From NCBI GenBank assembly GCA_963796685.1, contig CAWCMR010000025.1, positions 1,376,001-1,440,000 on the forward strand: a stretch of DNA of 64,000 nt, given 5' to 3'. Position 1 is the stretch's first letter. Each line of letters starts with the position of its first letter. The DNA is from an uncultured delta proteobacterium (GTDB taxonomy: Bacteria > Myxococcota_A > Polyangia > Fen-1088). This document shows positions 18,316-28,155 of this stretch, piece after piece. Made by a program: the position numbers and the translations under genes. Below the pieces are notes generated by a model. That model was given only the letters and a program-made list of their open reading frames with translations. It ran no database searches and was not told the DNA's origin.

Positions 18316-19716
18316 ATGGACAACATGGACAACGTGAAGATTCAGCTCTCCGAGAACGAGATCCCTCGCAAGTGGTACAACCTCGCCGCGGACTTGCCGA
18401 CGCCCATGCTGCCACCGCTTGGTCCCGATGGCGGACCGGTCAAGCCCGAGATGCTCGCCCCGGTCTTTCCGATGAACCTCATCGAGCAGGAGGTCAGCAC
18501 CGAGCGCTGGATCGACATTCCGCCGGAGGTCCTGGACATCCTCTACCGGTGGCGTCCGTCGCCCCTGCGCCGCGCCGTCTACCTCGAACGCTACCTGAAC
18601 ACGCCGGCCAAGATCTACTACAAGGACGAGAGCGTGAGCCCGGCCGGCAGTCACAAGCCGAACACGGCGGTGCCGCAGGCCTGGTACAACAAACAATTCG
18701 GGATCAAGCGCTTGACCACCGAGACCGGCGCGGGCCAGTGGGGCAGCGCCCTCGCCTTTTCGTGCAACCTCATCGGCCTCGAGTGCAAGGTCTTCATGGT
18801 GCGCATCAGCTTCGACCAGAAGCCCTTCCGCAAGCTGATGATGCAGGTGTGGGGCGCCAACTGCGTGGCCAGCCCGTCGAGCGAAACCCAGGCCGGCCGC
18901 ACCATCTTGGCCCAGATGCCCGACACGCCGGGGAGCCTCGGCATCGCCATCAGCGAAGCCATCGAGGCCGCGGTGACCGACGGGTCGGGACAGACCCGTT
19001 ATGCCTTGGGCAGCGTGCTCAACCACGTGATGCTTCACCAGACCATCATCGGGCTCGAAGCCAAGGAGCAGCTCAAGAAAGCCGGCGAACGTCTGCCCGA
19101 CGTGGTGATCGCCTGCGCCGGCGGCGGCAGCAACTTCGCCGGCCTCGCCTTCCCCTTCGCCTACGACAAGATCCACGGCGCGAAGATCAAAATCATCCCC
19201 GTCGAGCCGCAGGCTTGCCCCAAGATGACCAAGGGCAACTTCGTGTACGACCATGGCGATGTCGCCGGCATGACGCCGCTTTTGCCCATGCACTCGCTTG
19301 GCCACACCTTCGTACCCAAGCCCATCCACGCCGGCGGACTTCGCTACCACGGCATGGCGCCGCTCGTGTGCCAGGGCATCGTCGAGGGACTGTTCGAGCC
19401 CAAGGCCTACGGCCAGCTCAAGTGTTACGAGTCGGCCATGATCTGGGCCAAGACCGAGGGCACGATCTGCGCGCCGGAGACCAGCCACGCCATCGCGGCG
19501 ACCATCGACGAGGCCATCGCCTGCCGCGAGAGCGGCGAAAAGAAGGTGATCCTCTTCAACTACAGCGGCCACGGCCTGATGGATCTGGCGGGTTACGACG
19601 CGTATCTCGGCGGCAGGCTCACGGATTACGTCATGCCCGAGTCCGAGATCCTGGAGAACCTGGCCAAGCTGGCCGGCATGCCCAAGGCCGAGGCGCGCAA
19701 GTCCGGCAAATGGTAG
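18316..19716 (+). CDS. trpB2: TrpB-like PLP enzyme (tryptophan synthase beta chain type 2)
   Basis: IPRKWYN, WRPSPL, GSHKPN, TETGAGQWG, GGGSN, IHAGGLRYHG, APETSHA, SGHG; no adjacent trpA. Confidence 0.93.
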   Translation: MDNMDNVKIQLSENEIPRKWYNLAADLPTPMLPPLGPDGGPVKPEMLAPVFPMNLIEQEVSTERWIDIPPEVLDILYRWRPSPLRRAVYLERYLNTPAKIYYKDESVSPAGSHKPNTAVPQAWYNKQFGIKRLTTETGAGQWGSALAFSCNLIGLECKVFMVRISFDQKPFRKLMMQVWGANCVASPSSETQAGRTILAQMPDTPGSLGIAISEAIEAAVTDGSGQTRYALGSVLNHVMLHQTIIGLEAKEQLKKAGERLPDVVIACAGGGSNFAGLAFPFAYDKIHGAKIKIIPVEPQACPKMTKGNFVYDHGDVAGMTPLLPMHSLGHTFVPKPIHAGGLRYHGMAPLVCQGIVEGLFEPKAYGQLKCYESAMIWAKTEGTICAPETSHAIAATIDEAIACRESGEKKVILFNYSGHGLMDLAGYDAYLGGRLTDYVMPESEILENLAKLAGMPKAEARKSGKW

Positions 19717-19720
19717 CGGG

Positions 19721-21139
19721 CTAGGCGCCCACGACCAAGATCACGCGGATGTCCTTCGTGCCGAGGCCGTTGCCCACGTCTACGCCCACCAGGGGAATGG
19801 CCACGGTTCGCAGGTAGAAACGGAGACCAGCACCAGCCGAGGTGTGGATATCCCGGCTGGCGCGAAATCCCTGCTCCAGGAACGCGGGGGGCAGGAACTG
19901 GCGTCCATCTTCGCGCGGGAGATAGGCCGTGCCCGCGCCGAACGAGTATTGCGGCGGTAGCTTGCGAAACCAAATCGCCGCGGCGTCGTTGAAGATGAGC
20001 CCGCGAACGTCGATGCTCCACAGACTGAAAAGCGGAAAGTGGTACTCGACCTGGCTGCGCAGGTGGGTATCGCCCTGGAATTGTCGATAGAGGTAACCGC
20101 GCAGGTTCGTGCCGCCGGCGGAGTTTTCGGACCACAGTGGCAAGTTCTCTCCCGTGATGCCGCCGACACGGATGATGAGATTGTGTTCGTGGAAGAAACG
20201 GACGCCGTGCTCGTAGGAAGTGCTGGCCTTCCAATACCAAAGGCCGGACTGGCTGCCCCAGCGCGGGGCCGCGTATTCGAAGGTGAAGCCGAGTGCATTG
20301 CCGTACATGACGGCGCGCTCGCGGGCGCGGAAGTCGAACGTCAGGTTGGCCGTGGCGTTCCCTCGCCGGGCGCTCGTGTCGGCCAGGGGCGGAGGGTTGC
20401 CGAGAGTTTGTGCGAGGGTCTGATTACCCAGCGCCGGGAAGACAGTCGGGTTATCGGGATCGGCCAGGCTCGACCACAACACGTCGTTCTGATCCAGATT
20501 CCAACCGAACGAGGTGCGGACCTTGCGAAACCACGCTACGCCGACGTTGACCTCGAAGCCATACGAGCGGAGCTTGGTGTTGCGGATGGGTTCGAGCGGC
20601 AGACCTGCAAGCTTCGTGTTGCCGTATTCGGGGATGATCTGCGATTGGTATCTTCCTTTGACGGTGAAGAACCCCCACGAGCCGAACACGGCGGGGTCGT
20701 CGTAGGCGACGAGGGCCCCCGAATCCACGTTCGAGATACGCCCCCCGATGAGCCCGCGTTTGCCGCGGCCAAAGAGGTTGCCGTGCGCGACCACGCCTCC
20801 CGCCGAGATGTTGCCGGGGGCATAGGAGAACGTGGGCACCGGCGCCCAAGGGAACTTCTCGGTGACCACGATGACGACGCGAACGCCTTCGCCGTGCGGC
20901 TCCCAGTACACGTTGACGTCCGCGAACATGCCCGAGGTGTGCAGGCGCTCGCGCGCGATATCGAGGGTGTCGGAGAGCAGCGGATCGCCGATGGAGATCC
21001 CCGCGATGGAGCGAACGGTTTCCTCGTTGGTGCGTACGGCATTCACGACGCGCACATCGGTGATGATCTCTTGCTGGGCCAGCGCACGCGAGGAAGCGAA
21101 GACGCCAAGGAGCACGAAGGCACAAGCGATGCGGCGCAT
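19721..21139 (-). CDS. Omp85/BamA-TamA family outer-membrane protein with a single POTRA domain
   Basis: Signal peptide, POTRA-like RLHTSGMFADV...EK, NLFGRG, LRGY motif, beta-strand-rich C-terminus. Confidence 0.8.
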   Translation of the reverse strand: MRRIACAFVLLGVFASSRALAQQEIITDVRVVNAVRTNEETVRSIAGISIGDPLLSDTLDIARERLHTSGMFADVNVYWEPHGEGVRVVIVVTEKFPWAPVPTFSYAPGNISAGGVVAHGNLFGRGKRGLIGGRISNVDSGALVAYDDPAVFGSWGFFTVKGRYQSQIIPEYGNTKLAGLPLEPIRNTKLRSYGFEVNVGVAWFRKVRTSFGWNLDQNDVLWSSLADPDNPTVFPALGNQTLAQTLGNPPPLADTSARRGNATANLTFDFRARERAVMYGNALGFTFEYAAPRWGSQSGLWYWKASTSYEHGVRFFHEHNLIIRVGGITGENLPLWSENSAGGTNLRGYLYRQFQGDTHLRSQVEYHFPLFSLWSIDVRGLIFNDAAAIWFRKLPPQYSFGAGTAYLPREDGRQFLPPAFLEQGFRASRDIHTSAGAGLRFYLRTVAIPLVGVDVGNGLGTKDIRVILVVGA

Positions 21140-21242
21140 GAGTGGGCGCGAGTCTATCAGGCAGTCGCCTGCGTTTGCACATTCACGTACCAAGGGCGCC
21201 CCTGGCTCGGGAGCGTCTATTGCGGCCGGCCACCGAAATCCC

Positions 21243-23363
21243 TCACCGGACGGCGCGCCGCTGTTCGACGTACTTGCGCGCGGCGGCCAGATCCGCGTCG
21301 TCCGCGGAAGCGCGCTCGACGAACTTCTCGTAGGCCACGGCAACCTTCGGGGTGTAGGCGGGATCGGTGCGTGAAAGGATCTCGTAGCCGATGCCCAGAT
21401 CCTTCCAGACATTCGGTCCGAGATAGATCTGGCGCAGCCCGGGCAAGCCGGAGATACCAAGCCTCTTGTCCCCGCCCGCCTTGGCGACGAGATCCTCGAG
21501 CAGGGACACCGCGACGCGCGCCGGAGCCGGTGCGTTGCCCGACTCGTTGCTGTAAACCAGGGCCAGGTGGGCGCGGCCACCCTGGGTCGTCATGACCAAC
21601 TTGGCGAGCGCGTATTCCCACGACCCCTCGGGCGCGCGCAGCGCGGGCATCACGTCGTAGTGGTCCAGGGCCTTGCCATCGCGCGCGGCCCATTGCTCGA
21701 AGGTCGGAAACTGGCTGGCGGGCACCAGGGGATGAACGAGACCGTTGGTGGCGAGCTTGTAGCCGTCCTTCCAGCTTTGATCCCAAGGGTCCAGGCGGTC
21801 GATGACCACCAGGGGCCTCGTGGGATTGCCATCGAGCAGCTTCTTGATGTTCCAACCCGTCTTGCCGTATGGGCCGAGGGGCACATGGAGGTCGGGGTAG
21901 AGTTTGCGCTTGCGCTCGCCATACCAGGAGGTGCCAAGCAGCTCGCGGTCGAGGTGGATGACGTCGGTGCGCAGCTTCTCGACCTCGCGAAAGTAAAACA
22001 CCGAGCCGGTCAGGTGATCGCCCATCGTGACCACCATGGCACTGGGTGGAAGCGAGGCAAAGGCCGTGGTCACGAAATCGGCGAAGACCCGGTTGTGGCG
22101 CTGGTTGCATTCGCCCGCGTGGGCCGTCGCACCGGCCGCGAACACCAGCAAGGCGATCACGGGCGCCCAGCGCGCGTGACGCTCGCATGCGCTCCAGCGT
22201 GCCCGTGCCAAGCGCAAGAGCTCGGCCACACCCAGGCCGGCCGCGACGGCCAGCATGAGATCGGATTGGATACAAAAACGGACAAGAACGGTCAGGTAAA
22301 GCCCCTGCGACGTCGACAGGTTGGACAACATGCAGAAGCCGAGCACGTACAAGCCAAGAACGAGGGCGAGAAGCTGCGACTGGTACTTTTCCCGGCGGTC
22401 CTTGGCCCCGAGGTAGAGCCCCAGAAAGGCCAGCGGGGGTCCAATCCAAAGAAAGCGTGGAAAGGCGTGCCCAAGCATCTGCCAAAGGGTCGGGAAAAAC
22501 GTGCCTTCGCTCACGAAAGCGCCGTCCTTGCTGGCTTGCCCCATGCTGAACGTGCCGTAGTTTCGGCGCAGGACGTGGGTCAAGAACCCGCCGAGGGTGG
22601 TTTCGTCGCCCCACGACACCGCGGCCGACGAGGCCGAGGCGTGGACGAGGTAGGCGTAGGGCAGAAGCCCGAGAAGACCGAGGGCGCAGGCGAGCACGAG
22701 GCCGCGAGTCCGCAGCGCGCGTCTCGCCACCCAGAACGATCGCAACAGGAGGGGCGCCCCCACGAACGCGAAGGTGTGGTGATTGCACATGGCGAGGCCG
22801 CAAGCGAGGCAGAGCGCGAAGACATGGCGACGGGCGGCGGTGCGCTCGACGCGAAGCCAGAGCAAGAACGCGAGCCCCACGAACATGGCGTTGAGGCCGA
22901 ACACCTCGGCCGAGACGGCGTGCAGCCAGACCACGGAATTCGTGCCGAAGAGCGCCGCCGCCGCGAGGCCCGCCGCCCTCTCGCGGGTCCATAGGGCAAC
23001 CGTGGCGCACACGAGAGCGCCTGCCGCTGCCGTCGAGGTTGCGGAGAGCAGGTTCACCCGCCACGCCGGCGAGTGTCCGAGCGGCAAGGCCGCGAACAGG
23101 CGCGCGAGCAGGGCGAAGAGCGGATAGCCGGGAGGATGGGGCACGCCGCCGGTCAACGCCGAGGCCGTCAGCTCGCCGCTGTCGCCGCCCATGATCGAAG
23201 GCGCCAGGGTGGCGACATAGAGCGCGAGCAGCGCGACGAAGGCAACAGCGGGTGCGATCCATCCTTGGGGATCCGCTGGCGCCGCTTGCCGATCCGGTGC
23301 GGAAACGTTCTTCACGGCCCCACTCTGCCGGGGCTTGCCCCGCTGACCCCTGCGCTGGCCCAT
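21243..23363 (-). CDS. DUF2723 / TMEM260-like membrane glycosyltransferase (GT-C fold)
   Basis: GGDSGEL, GVPHPPGYPLF, WRVNLLSA, AEVFGLN, NHH, many TM segments. Confidence 0.85.
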   Translation of the reverse strand: MGQRRGQRGKPRQSGAVKNVSAPDRQAAPADPQGWIAPAVAFVALLALYVATLAPSIMGGDSGELTASALTGGVPHPPGYPLFALLARLFAALPLGHSPAWRVNLLSATSTAAAGALVCATVALWTRERAAGLAAAALFGTNSVVWLHAVSAEVFGLNAMFVGLAFLLWLRVERTAARRHVFALCLACGLAMCNHHTFAFVGAPLLLRSFWVARRALRTRGLVLACALGLLGLLPYAYLVHASASSAAVSWGDETTLGGFLTHVLRRNYGTFSMGQASKDGAFVSEGTFFPTLWQMLGHAFPRFLWIGPPLAFLGLYLGAKDRREKYQSQLLALVLGLYVLGFCMLSNLSTSQGLYLTVLVRFCIQSDLMLAVAAGLGVAELLRLARARWSACERHARWAPVIALLVFAAGATAHAGECNQRHNRVFADFVTTAFASLPPSAMVVTMGDHLTGSVFYFREVEKLRTDVIHLDRELLGTSWYGERKRKLYPDLHVPLGPYGKTGWNIKKLLDGNPTRPLVVIDRLDPWDQSWKDGYKLATNGLVHPLVPASQFPTFEQWAARDGKALDHYDVMPALRAPEGSWEYALAKLVMTTQGGRAHLALVYSNESGNAPAPARVAVSLLEDLVAKAGGDKRLGISGLPGLRQIYLGPNVWKDLGIGYEILSRTDPAYTPKVAVAYEKFVERASADDADLAAARKYVEQRRAVR

Positions 23364-23365
23364 GG

Positions 23366-23851
23366 CTAGTTGGCCGAGAAAAGCCGGCACCCGAGTCGCT
23401 CGGCGAGCTCGCGCGGGGTCACGCCCTCGTGATTGGCCAGATCGTCGCGACCGCCGTTTTCCAACAGGAAGCGCGCGATCTCATCGCGGCCAGCGGCCGC
23501 GAAGATGGCCCGCCAAAGTGGCGAGTTGCCATCCTCGTCGCGCGCGTTCACGTCCGCGCCCTTGCCCACCAGGATGCGCGCGATCTCGGGCAGATGTTCC
23601 TGGGCCGCGAAATGCAAAGGCGTGAAGCCTTGCGTGTCCTTGGCGTCGAGGTCGGCCCCGGCTTCGATGAGTAGGCCGACCAGTCCCACGCTGTTGCCGA
23701 GCACAGCCTGGTGTAGCGGCGTGCGCAGGTCCTCGTCGCGCACGTTGGGGTTGGCGCCCTGGGCGAGCAGCTCGCGCACCCGCACGAAGTCGCACACGAA
23801 GGCCGCGCGACAAAGTTGCGCATCGAGATCACCGAGCTTGCTGGATTCCAC
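23366..23851 (-). CDS. Ankyrin-repeat protein
   Basis: TPLH repeats, LLAQGANPN, GADVNARD. Confidence 0.92.
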   Translation of the reverse strand: MESSKLGDLDAQLCRAAFVCDFVRVRELLAQGANPNVRDEDLRTPLHQAVLGNSVGLVGLLIEAGADLDAKDTQGFTPLHFAAQEHLPEIARILVGKGADVNARDEDGNSPLWRAIFAAAGRDEIARFLLENGGRDDLANHEGVTPRELAERLGCRLFSAN

Positions 23852-23972
23852 CCGGCTGTTATTAGCAGGAGCCGCGATTCCTCACCACCCGTGATCGTGG
23901 AGACCGGTCGATGCCAGGGAAGGATAGGATGTCACGCCTCAATCCGCGCCGGGTAGGCTAGGATGGCCGGCG

Positions 23973-24551
23973 ATGATCATCCTGCTCGCGCTCGTCTTGG
24001 CCTTCCTCGTCGGCTCCATTCCGACCGGCGTCATCGTCGCGCGGGCCAAGGGCGTGGATCTGCGCAAGGTAGGCAGCGGAAACATCGGCGCAACCAATGT
24101 GAGCCGCGCGCTGGGCGGAAAGTGGGCGGCCGTGGTGCTGGTGGCCGACGCCGCCAAGGGCGCCCTGCCCGTGCTGGTGCTTGGCCGGCTGCTTGAAGAT
24201 CCATGGTTGCCGGCCTTGGGTGGACTGTTTGCGGTGCTTGGGCAGATCTTTTCCGTCTTCCTGCTCGGGCGCGGCGGCAAGGGTGTCGCCACCTCCCTCG
24301 GGGCGGGGCTCGCCTTGGCGCCCCTGCCTGCCCTGGCCTGCGCCCTGGTTTTCGCGGTCTTCTTTCTCTTGTTTCGTATCGCCTCCATCGGATCCCTGGC
24401 AGGCATCGCCTGCTACCCGCTTTTCTTGTGGGTGTTTCACCTCGCTACCTGGCCGCGCTTGACCTTCGCCCTCTCCGTCTTCGTGCTCGTCGTCGCCCGC
24501 CACAAAGACAACATGCTCCGCCTCGCGCGTGGCGAAGAACACCGCGCGTGA
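23973..24551 (+). CDS. plsY: Glycerol-3-phosphate acyltransferase PlsY
   Basis: GSIP, GSGNIGATNVSR, DAAKG, GGKGVAT, RHKDNM. Confidence 0.95.
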   Translation: MIILLALVLAFLVGSIPTGVIVARAKGVDLRKVGSGNIGATNVSRALGGKWAAVVLVADAAKGALPVLVLGRLLEDPWLPALGGLFAVLGQIFSVFLLGRGGKGVATSLGAGLALAPLPALACALVFAVFFLLFRIASIGSLAGIACYPLFLWVFHLATWPRLTFALSVFVLVVARHKDNMLRLARGEEHRA

Positions 24552-24564
24552 GAGGGCACGGAGA

Positions 24565-24736
24565 CTAGGAGCCTGTTGCACATAGCCTCCAAGCGTCGCA
24601 GGACGGGCGGGGCGGGGCCGTCTGCGGCGTCGCCGCTCGCTTGAATACCGCCAGTATTCGGCGCTTCGCTGCTCCTTGCATCCGGCCCCGCCGCGCTCCG
24701 TCCCGCTCGGTCCGGCTATGCGCAACAGGCTCCTAG
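24565..24736. mobile_element. MITE with 23-bp terminal inverted repeats bounded by CTAG, inserted in a CACAGAG-family element
   Basis: CTAGGAGCCTGTTGCACATAGCC ... GGCTATGCGCAACAGGCTCCTAG (22/23 match); no ORF. Confidence 0.8.
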
Positions 24737-24828
24737 GGAGGGCACAGAAGGCTCCGTGTCCTCCTCGCTCTCTGTGTTCTCTCCGACCGCCGTTGCGCGC
24801 AGCCACGAGGAATGGCAGTCTGCCGGCC

Positions 24829-25158
24829 ATGTCGAGCACTTTTCCCACGGAATTCGCCAACGTCACCGCTGTCTGCAAGGCCAACGTCTATTTTGGCGGT
24901 AAGGTGGTCAGCCACACCCTGCTATTTGCCGATGGATCCAAGAAGACCCTCGGCCTCATTTACCCGGGCGAGTACCACTTCGGAACCGGCGCCCCCGAGA
25001 AGATGGAGATCGTAGCCGGCGCGTGCCGCGTAAAGCTCGATGGAGGCGAGACCTGGCAGGGCTACGCCGCGGGCACGCTGTTTCGGGTTCCGGGGAAGAG
25101 CGGCTTCACCATCACCGTCGAAGCCGACATCGTCGAATACATCTGCTCCTTCGAATAA
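24829..25158 (+). CDS. ppnP: Pyrimidine/purine nucleoside phosphorylase (DUF1255)
   Basis: KANVYFGGKVVSH, KKTLG, GEYHFGT, PEKMEI, EYICSF. Confidence 0.92.
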   Translation: MSSTFPTEFANVTAVCKANVYFGGKVVSHTLLFADGSKKTLGLIYPGEYHFGTGAPEKMEIVAGACRVKLDGGETWQGYAAGTLFRVPGKSGFTITVEADIVEYICSFE

Positions 25159-25217
25159 ATGCCGAGGGCGCAGAGGCCGTGGAGGCACCGAACGGGTTGA
25201 AACCAACGTGATTTCAG

Positions 25218-25303
25218 GTAGGGGCGGGTTTCAAACCCGCCCCACTAGCCCGATCCGGCAGCGACGACAGCCACCTGAGGGCGGGTTTCAAACCCGCCCC
25301 TAC
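25218..25303. repeat. Inverted pair of GTAG-type REP sequences (REPIN-like)
   Basis: GTAGGGGCGGGTTTCAAACCCGCCCC at 25218 and GGGCGGGTTTCAAACCCGCCCCTAC at 25279, between convergent genes. Confidence 0.85.
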
Positions 25304-25360
25304 AGAATCCGCCATAGGCATCAGCCACCCCCCGGCTCCCCCCGCGCCTCTGTGGTTCAA

Positions 25361-26309
25361 TCACTGCATGGGCGGGGCGGCCCGCATGCCGGCGTCGCGC
25401 AGCAGCTTCTGGTCGGCGTCGATGTCGGGGTTGCCGGTGACCAGGAGCTTCTCGCCGAAGAAAAACGAGTTGGCCCCGGCCATGAAACACAGCACCTGGG
25501 CCTCGCGCGAAAGCGCGGTGCGGCCGGCCGACAGACGTACCTGCGACCTCGGCATCACGATGCGCGCGGTGGCGATCATGCGCACCATTTCGAGCGGCTC
25601 CACGGGGGGCTGGTCCTGCAAGGGCGTGCCCTTGACGGGAACCAACCCGTTGATGGGCACGCTCTCGGGCGGCGGTTCCAGATTGGCCAGCGTGACCAGC
25701 ATGGCGCAGCGGTCGTCTATGGATTCGCCCATGCCGATGATGCCGCCGCTACACACCTTCATGCCCGCTTTGCGTACGCGCGCGAGGGTGGCCAGGCGAT
25801 CGTCGTAGGTTCGCGTCTTGATGATGTTTCCGTAGAACTCGCGCGAGGTATCGACGTTGTGGTTGTAGACGGTGAGGCCCGCCTCGGCCAGCCGTCGGGC
25901 TTGCTCGTCGCTGAGCATGCCGAGCGTGATGCATGCCTCCAGGCCCAGGCCGCGCACGGCGCGCACCATGGCCAGGATGTTTTCGAAGGCTTCGCCGTCA
26001 TGTGGGCTTCGCCCTGCGCTGCCCATGCAGAAGCGGGTGGCGCCCGCGGCCTGGGCGCGCGTGGCTGCCGCGACAACATCGGTTACGGACATCTGACGTT
26101 CGCGCTGCACGCCGGTGTCGTAGTGGCTCGACTGCGGGCAGTAAGAGCAGTCCTCGGGGCAACCGCCCGTCTTGACCGACAACAGCGAGCACAGGCTGGA
26201 CCTCGTTCGGGCGATGGTGCTCGCGGTGTACCTGCTGCGCGCGGAAGAGGAGCTCTGGAAGCGGGAGATCGTGGATCGCCCGCACGTCGGAAAGGGTGTA
26301 TTTGGGCAC
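25361..26309 (-). CDS. bioB: Biotin synthase; one apparent +1 frameshift at about 26195
   Basis: [45 protein letters not shown]; N-terminus MPKYTLSD...PNEVQ is in another frame. Confidence 0.92.
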
Positions 26310-26319
26310 GGCCCTTGTC

Positions 26320-27403
26320 TTAGTTGATTTTTCGTAGCACGACCAGGACGCGTAAGGTCAGACCAATGGCCTCGACCACGTCCTTGGCGTCCCTGGGCGT
26401 CTTGGCCGAAGCCCGGGCCGGGGTACGGGAGATCGCGCTGTCGCCCTTGACCGGCATGCCGGGATACCACAGTCCGTCCTTGGCCTGGCGCGAGCGCAGG
26501 TAGGCCTCGGCCGTGCGCACGCCCGAGTTTTCCTTGCCGAGTCCGATGCTGGTGATGGTGTCGAGGGCGTCGAGGACGTCGGTGTAGAAACGCGGCTCGG
26601 TCAGGACTTCCCAGAACGATGGAGCCTTGCGGTCCTCGTAGCGATCAGGCTGCAGGAAGCGCGTGGCGAGAAGCTCGGCGGCCCGACGTGCCTCGCGCGA
26701 GCCGCGTCGAATCCTTCGACGAGGCGAAGGCACGCAACACCATGCCCGTGATGAGGTGGCTCGACGGGCGCGCGGCCGAATCGGTGCGCACGCCCCGCCA
26801 GGCCCAGCCGCCGTCGTCTTGGCGCAAGGACAGAAGGAAGCGAAATCCCTTTTCGACGCGTGCATCGGCCTCGAAACCCGCGCGACAGAGAGCCGACAGC
26901 GCCCAGCCTTGGAAATGCACGGCCACGACCTTGCCGCGCCCCTTGGGGGGTTCGGCCAGGTTCAAATCGCCGATCCCGCCATCGCTGTCCTGCGAGGCCA
27001 GGATGAAATCCGCGATCTTGTTCAGCTGCTGGGCGATGGCGCCCTTGCCCTCGACGCGCAGGCCATAGTCGGTCAGGCGATCCAGGGCGCGCAGCGTGGC
27101 CAGGCACTTGACGAACTTCGCCCCGCCCAGCTCCTTGTCGCTCGCACGCGGAGCGAAGCTGCCGTCCTTCTCCACTTTGCGCAACAGCGCCTTGACTTCG
27201 GGGTAGCCCGCGATCTCGTCGGCGTCCGGGGCTTCGCTGTCATCGATGAGATCCCGACGCACGCGGGCGAGCACGCTGGGCGCACCTTCTCGCAGAAGTC
27301 GCGGGATGGGATCGCTGGCCAGCCGGGCACGCCAGCCAGAAAGCGCCCGCGGTGGGGGTTGGGCGGGGGGCGCCGATGGCGCAAACAGACTCGGGCGGTT
27401 CAT
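26320..27403 (-). CDS. Hypothetical protein with prenyltransferase/squalene-cyclase-like repeats; one apparent +1 frameshift at about 26711
   Basis: [22 protein letters not shown] repeats; two overlapping ORFs join with a single base removal. Confidence 0.7.
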
Positions 27404-27629
27404 ATCAGCTGCCAAGATAGACGCATTATATAGACTCAAATGCCTCGCGTCCGGAGTTCTTCGTTGCCGGATCGCCGAGGCGGCTTGGTCGAAACCGGAT
27501 TGACTCTGCCGACGAGGCCATATGACGCCAGGCGCTCATGGTAAGTCGGGGCCAACTTGGCCTGGAAAGCCAGAGGGATGGGCGGTACAACAGGGGACCG
27601 GCAATTACTTGTCTGGGTGGGGCCGAGCA

Positions 27630-28152
27630 ATGGACGATAGCGAAAGACCGCCAAAGAGAGACACCTTTCTCGCACTTCTTCAAGCAGGATGGGCCTCGTT
27701 GCACCTGGATGCTCGATGCTCTGGTGTGGTTGTGCCGGCACCATTTTCTTCGCAGGCTCATTTGGTGCTGCAGTACGGGCGGAACATGCCGATCCCGATA
27801 ACCGACCTCGAGGTTACCGAGGCAGGCGTCAGCGCCACCCTTTCGTTTTCGCGTGTTTCCCATCGCACCTACATCCCCTGGCACGCGGTTTATGCGGTGA
27901 CGTGCACCAACGGCTGCGGGGTTCTCTACCGCGAGGACATGCCCGCCGACGTGGCCCTGGCCACGCCCACCGACGTCGGAGCAGAGGAGCTGCAGTCTGC
28001 GGGGGCAGGAGCGCAAACAGTCCGCCTACGCCATGTGCGACGATGGGCCCGGGTTGCGGGCCGTGCCCGCGGAAGATGATCTCGCGGCGGGAGAGCTGGC
28101 CATCCACCTCCATTCCCGTCGCCGCCGTCCGCAGTTGCGGGTGGTCAAGTAA
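27630..28152 (+). CDS. sspB: ClpXP adaptor SspB family protein; one apparent +1 frameshift at about 27996
   Basis: LDAR, GVVVP, LQYG, GVSATLSF, IPWHAVYA; typical tail PQLRVVK-stop in the shifted frame at 28152. Confidence 0.82.
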
Positions 28153-28155
28153 AGC

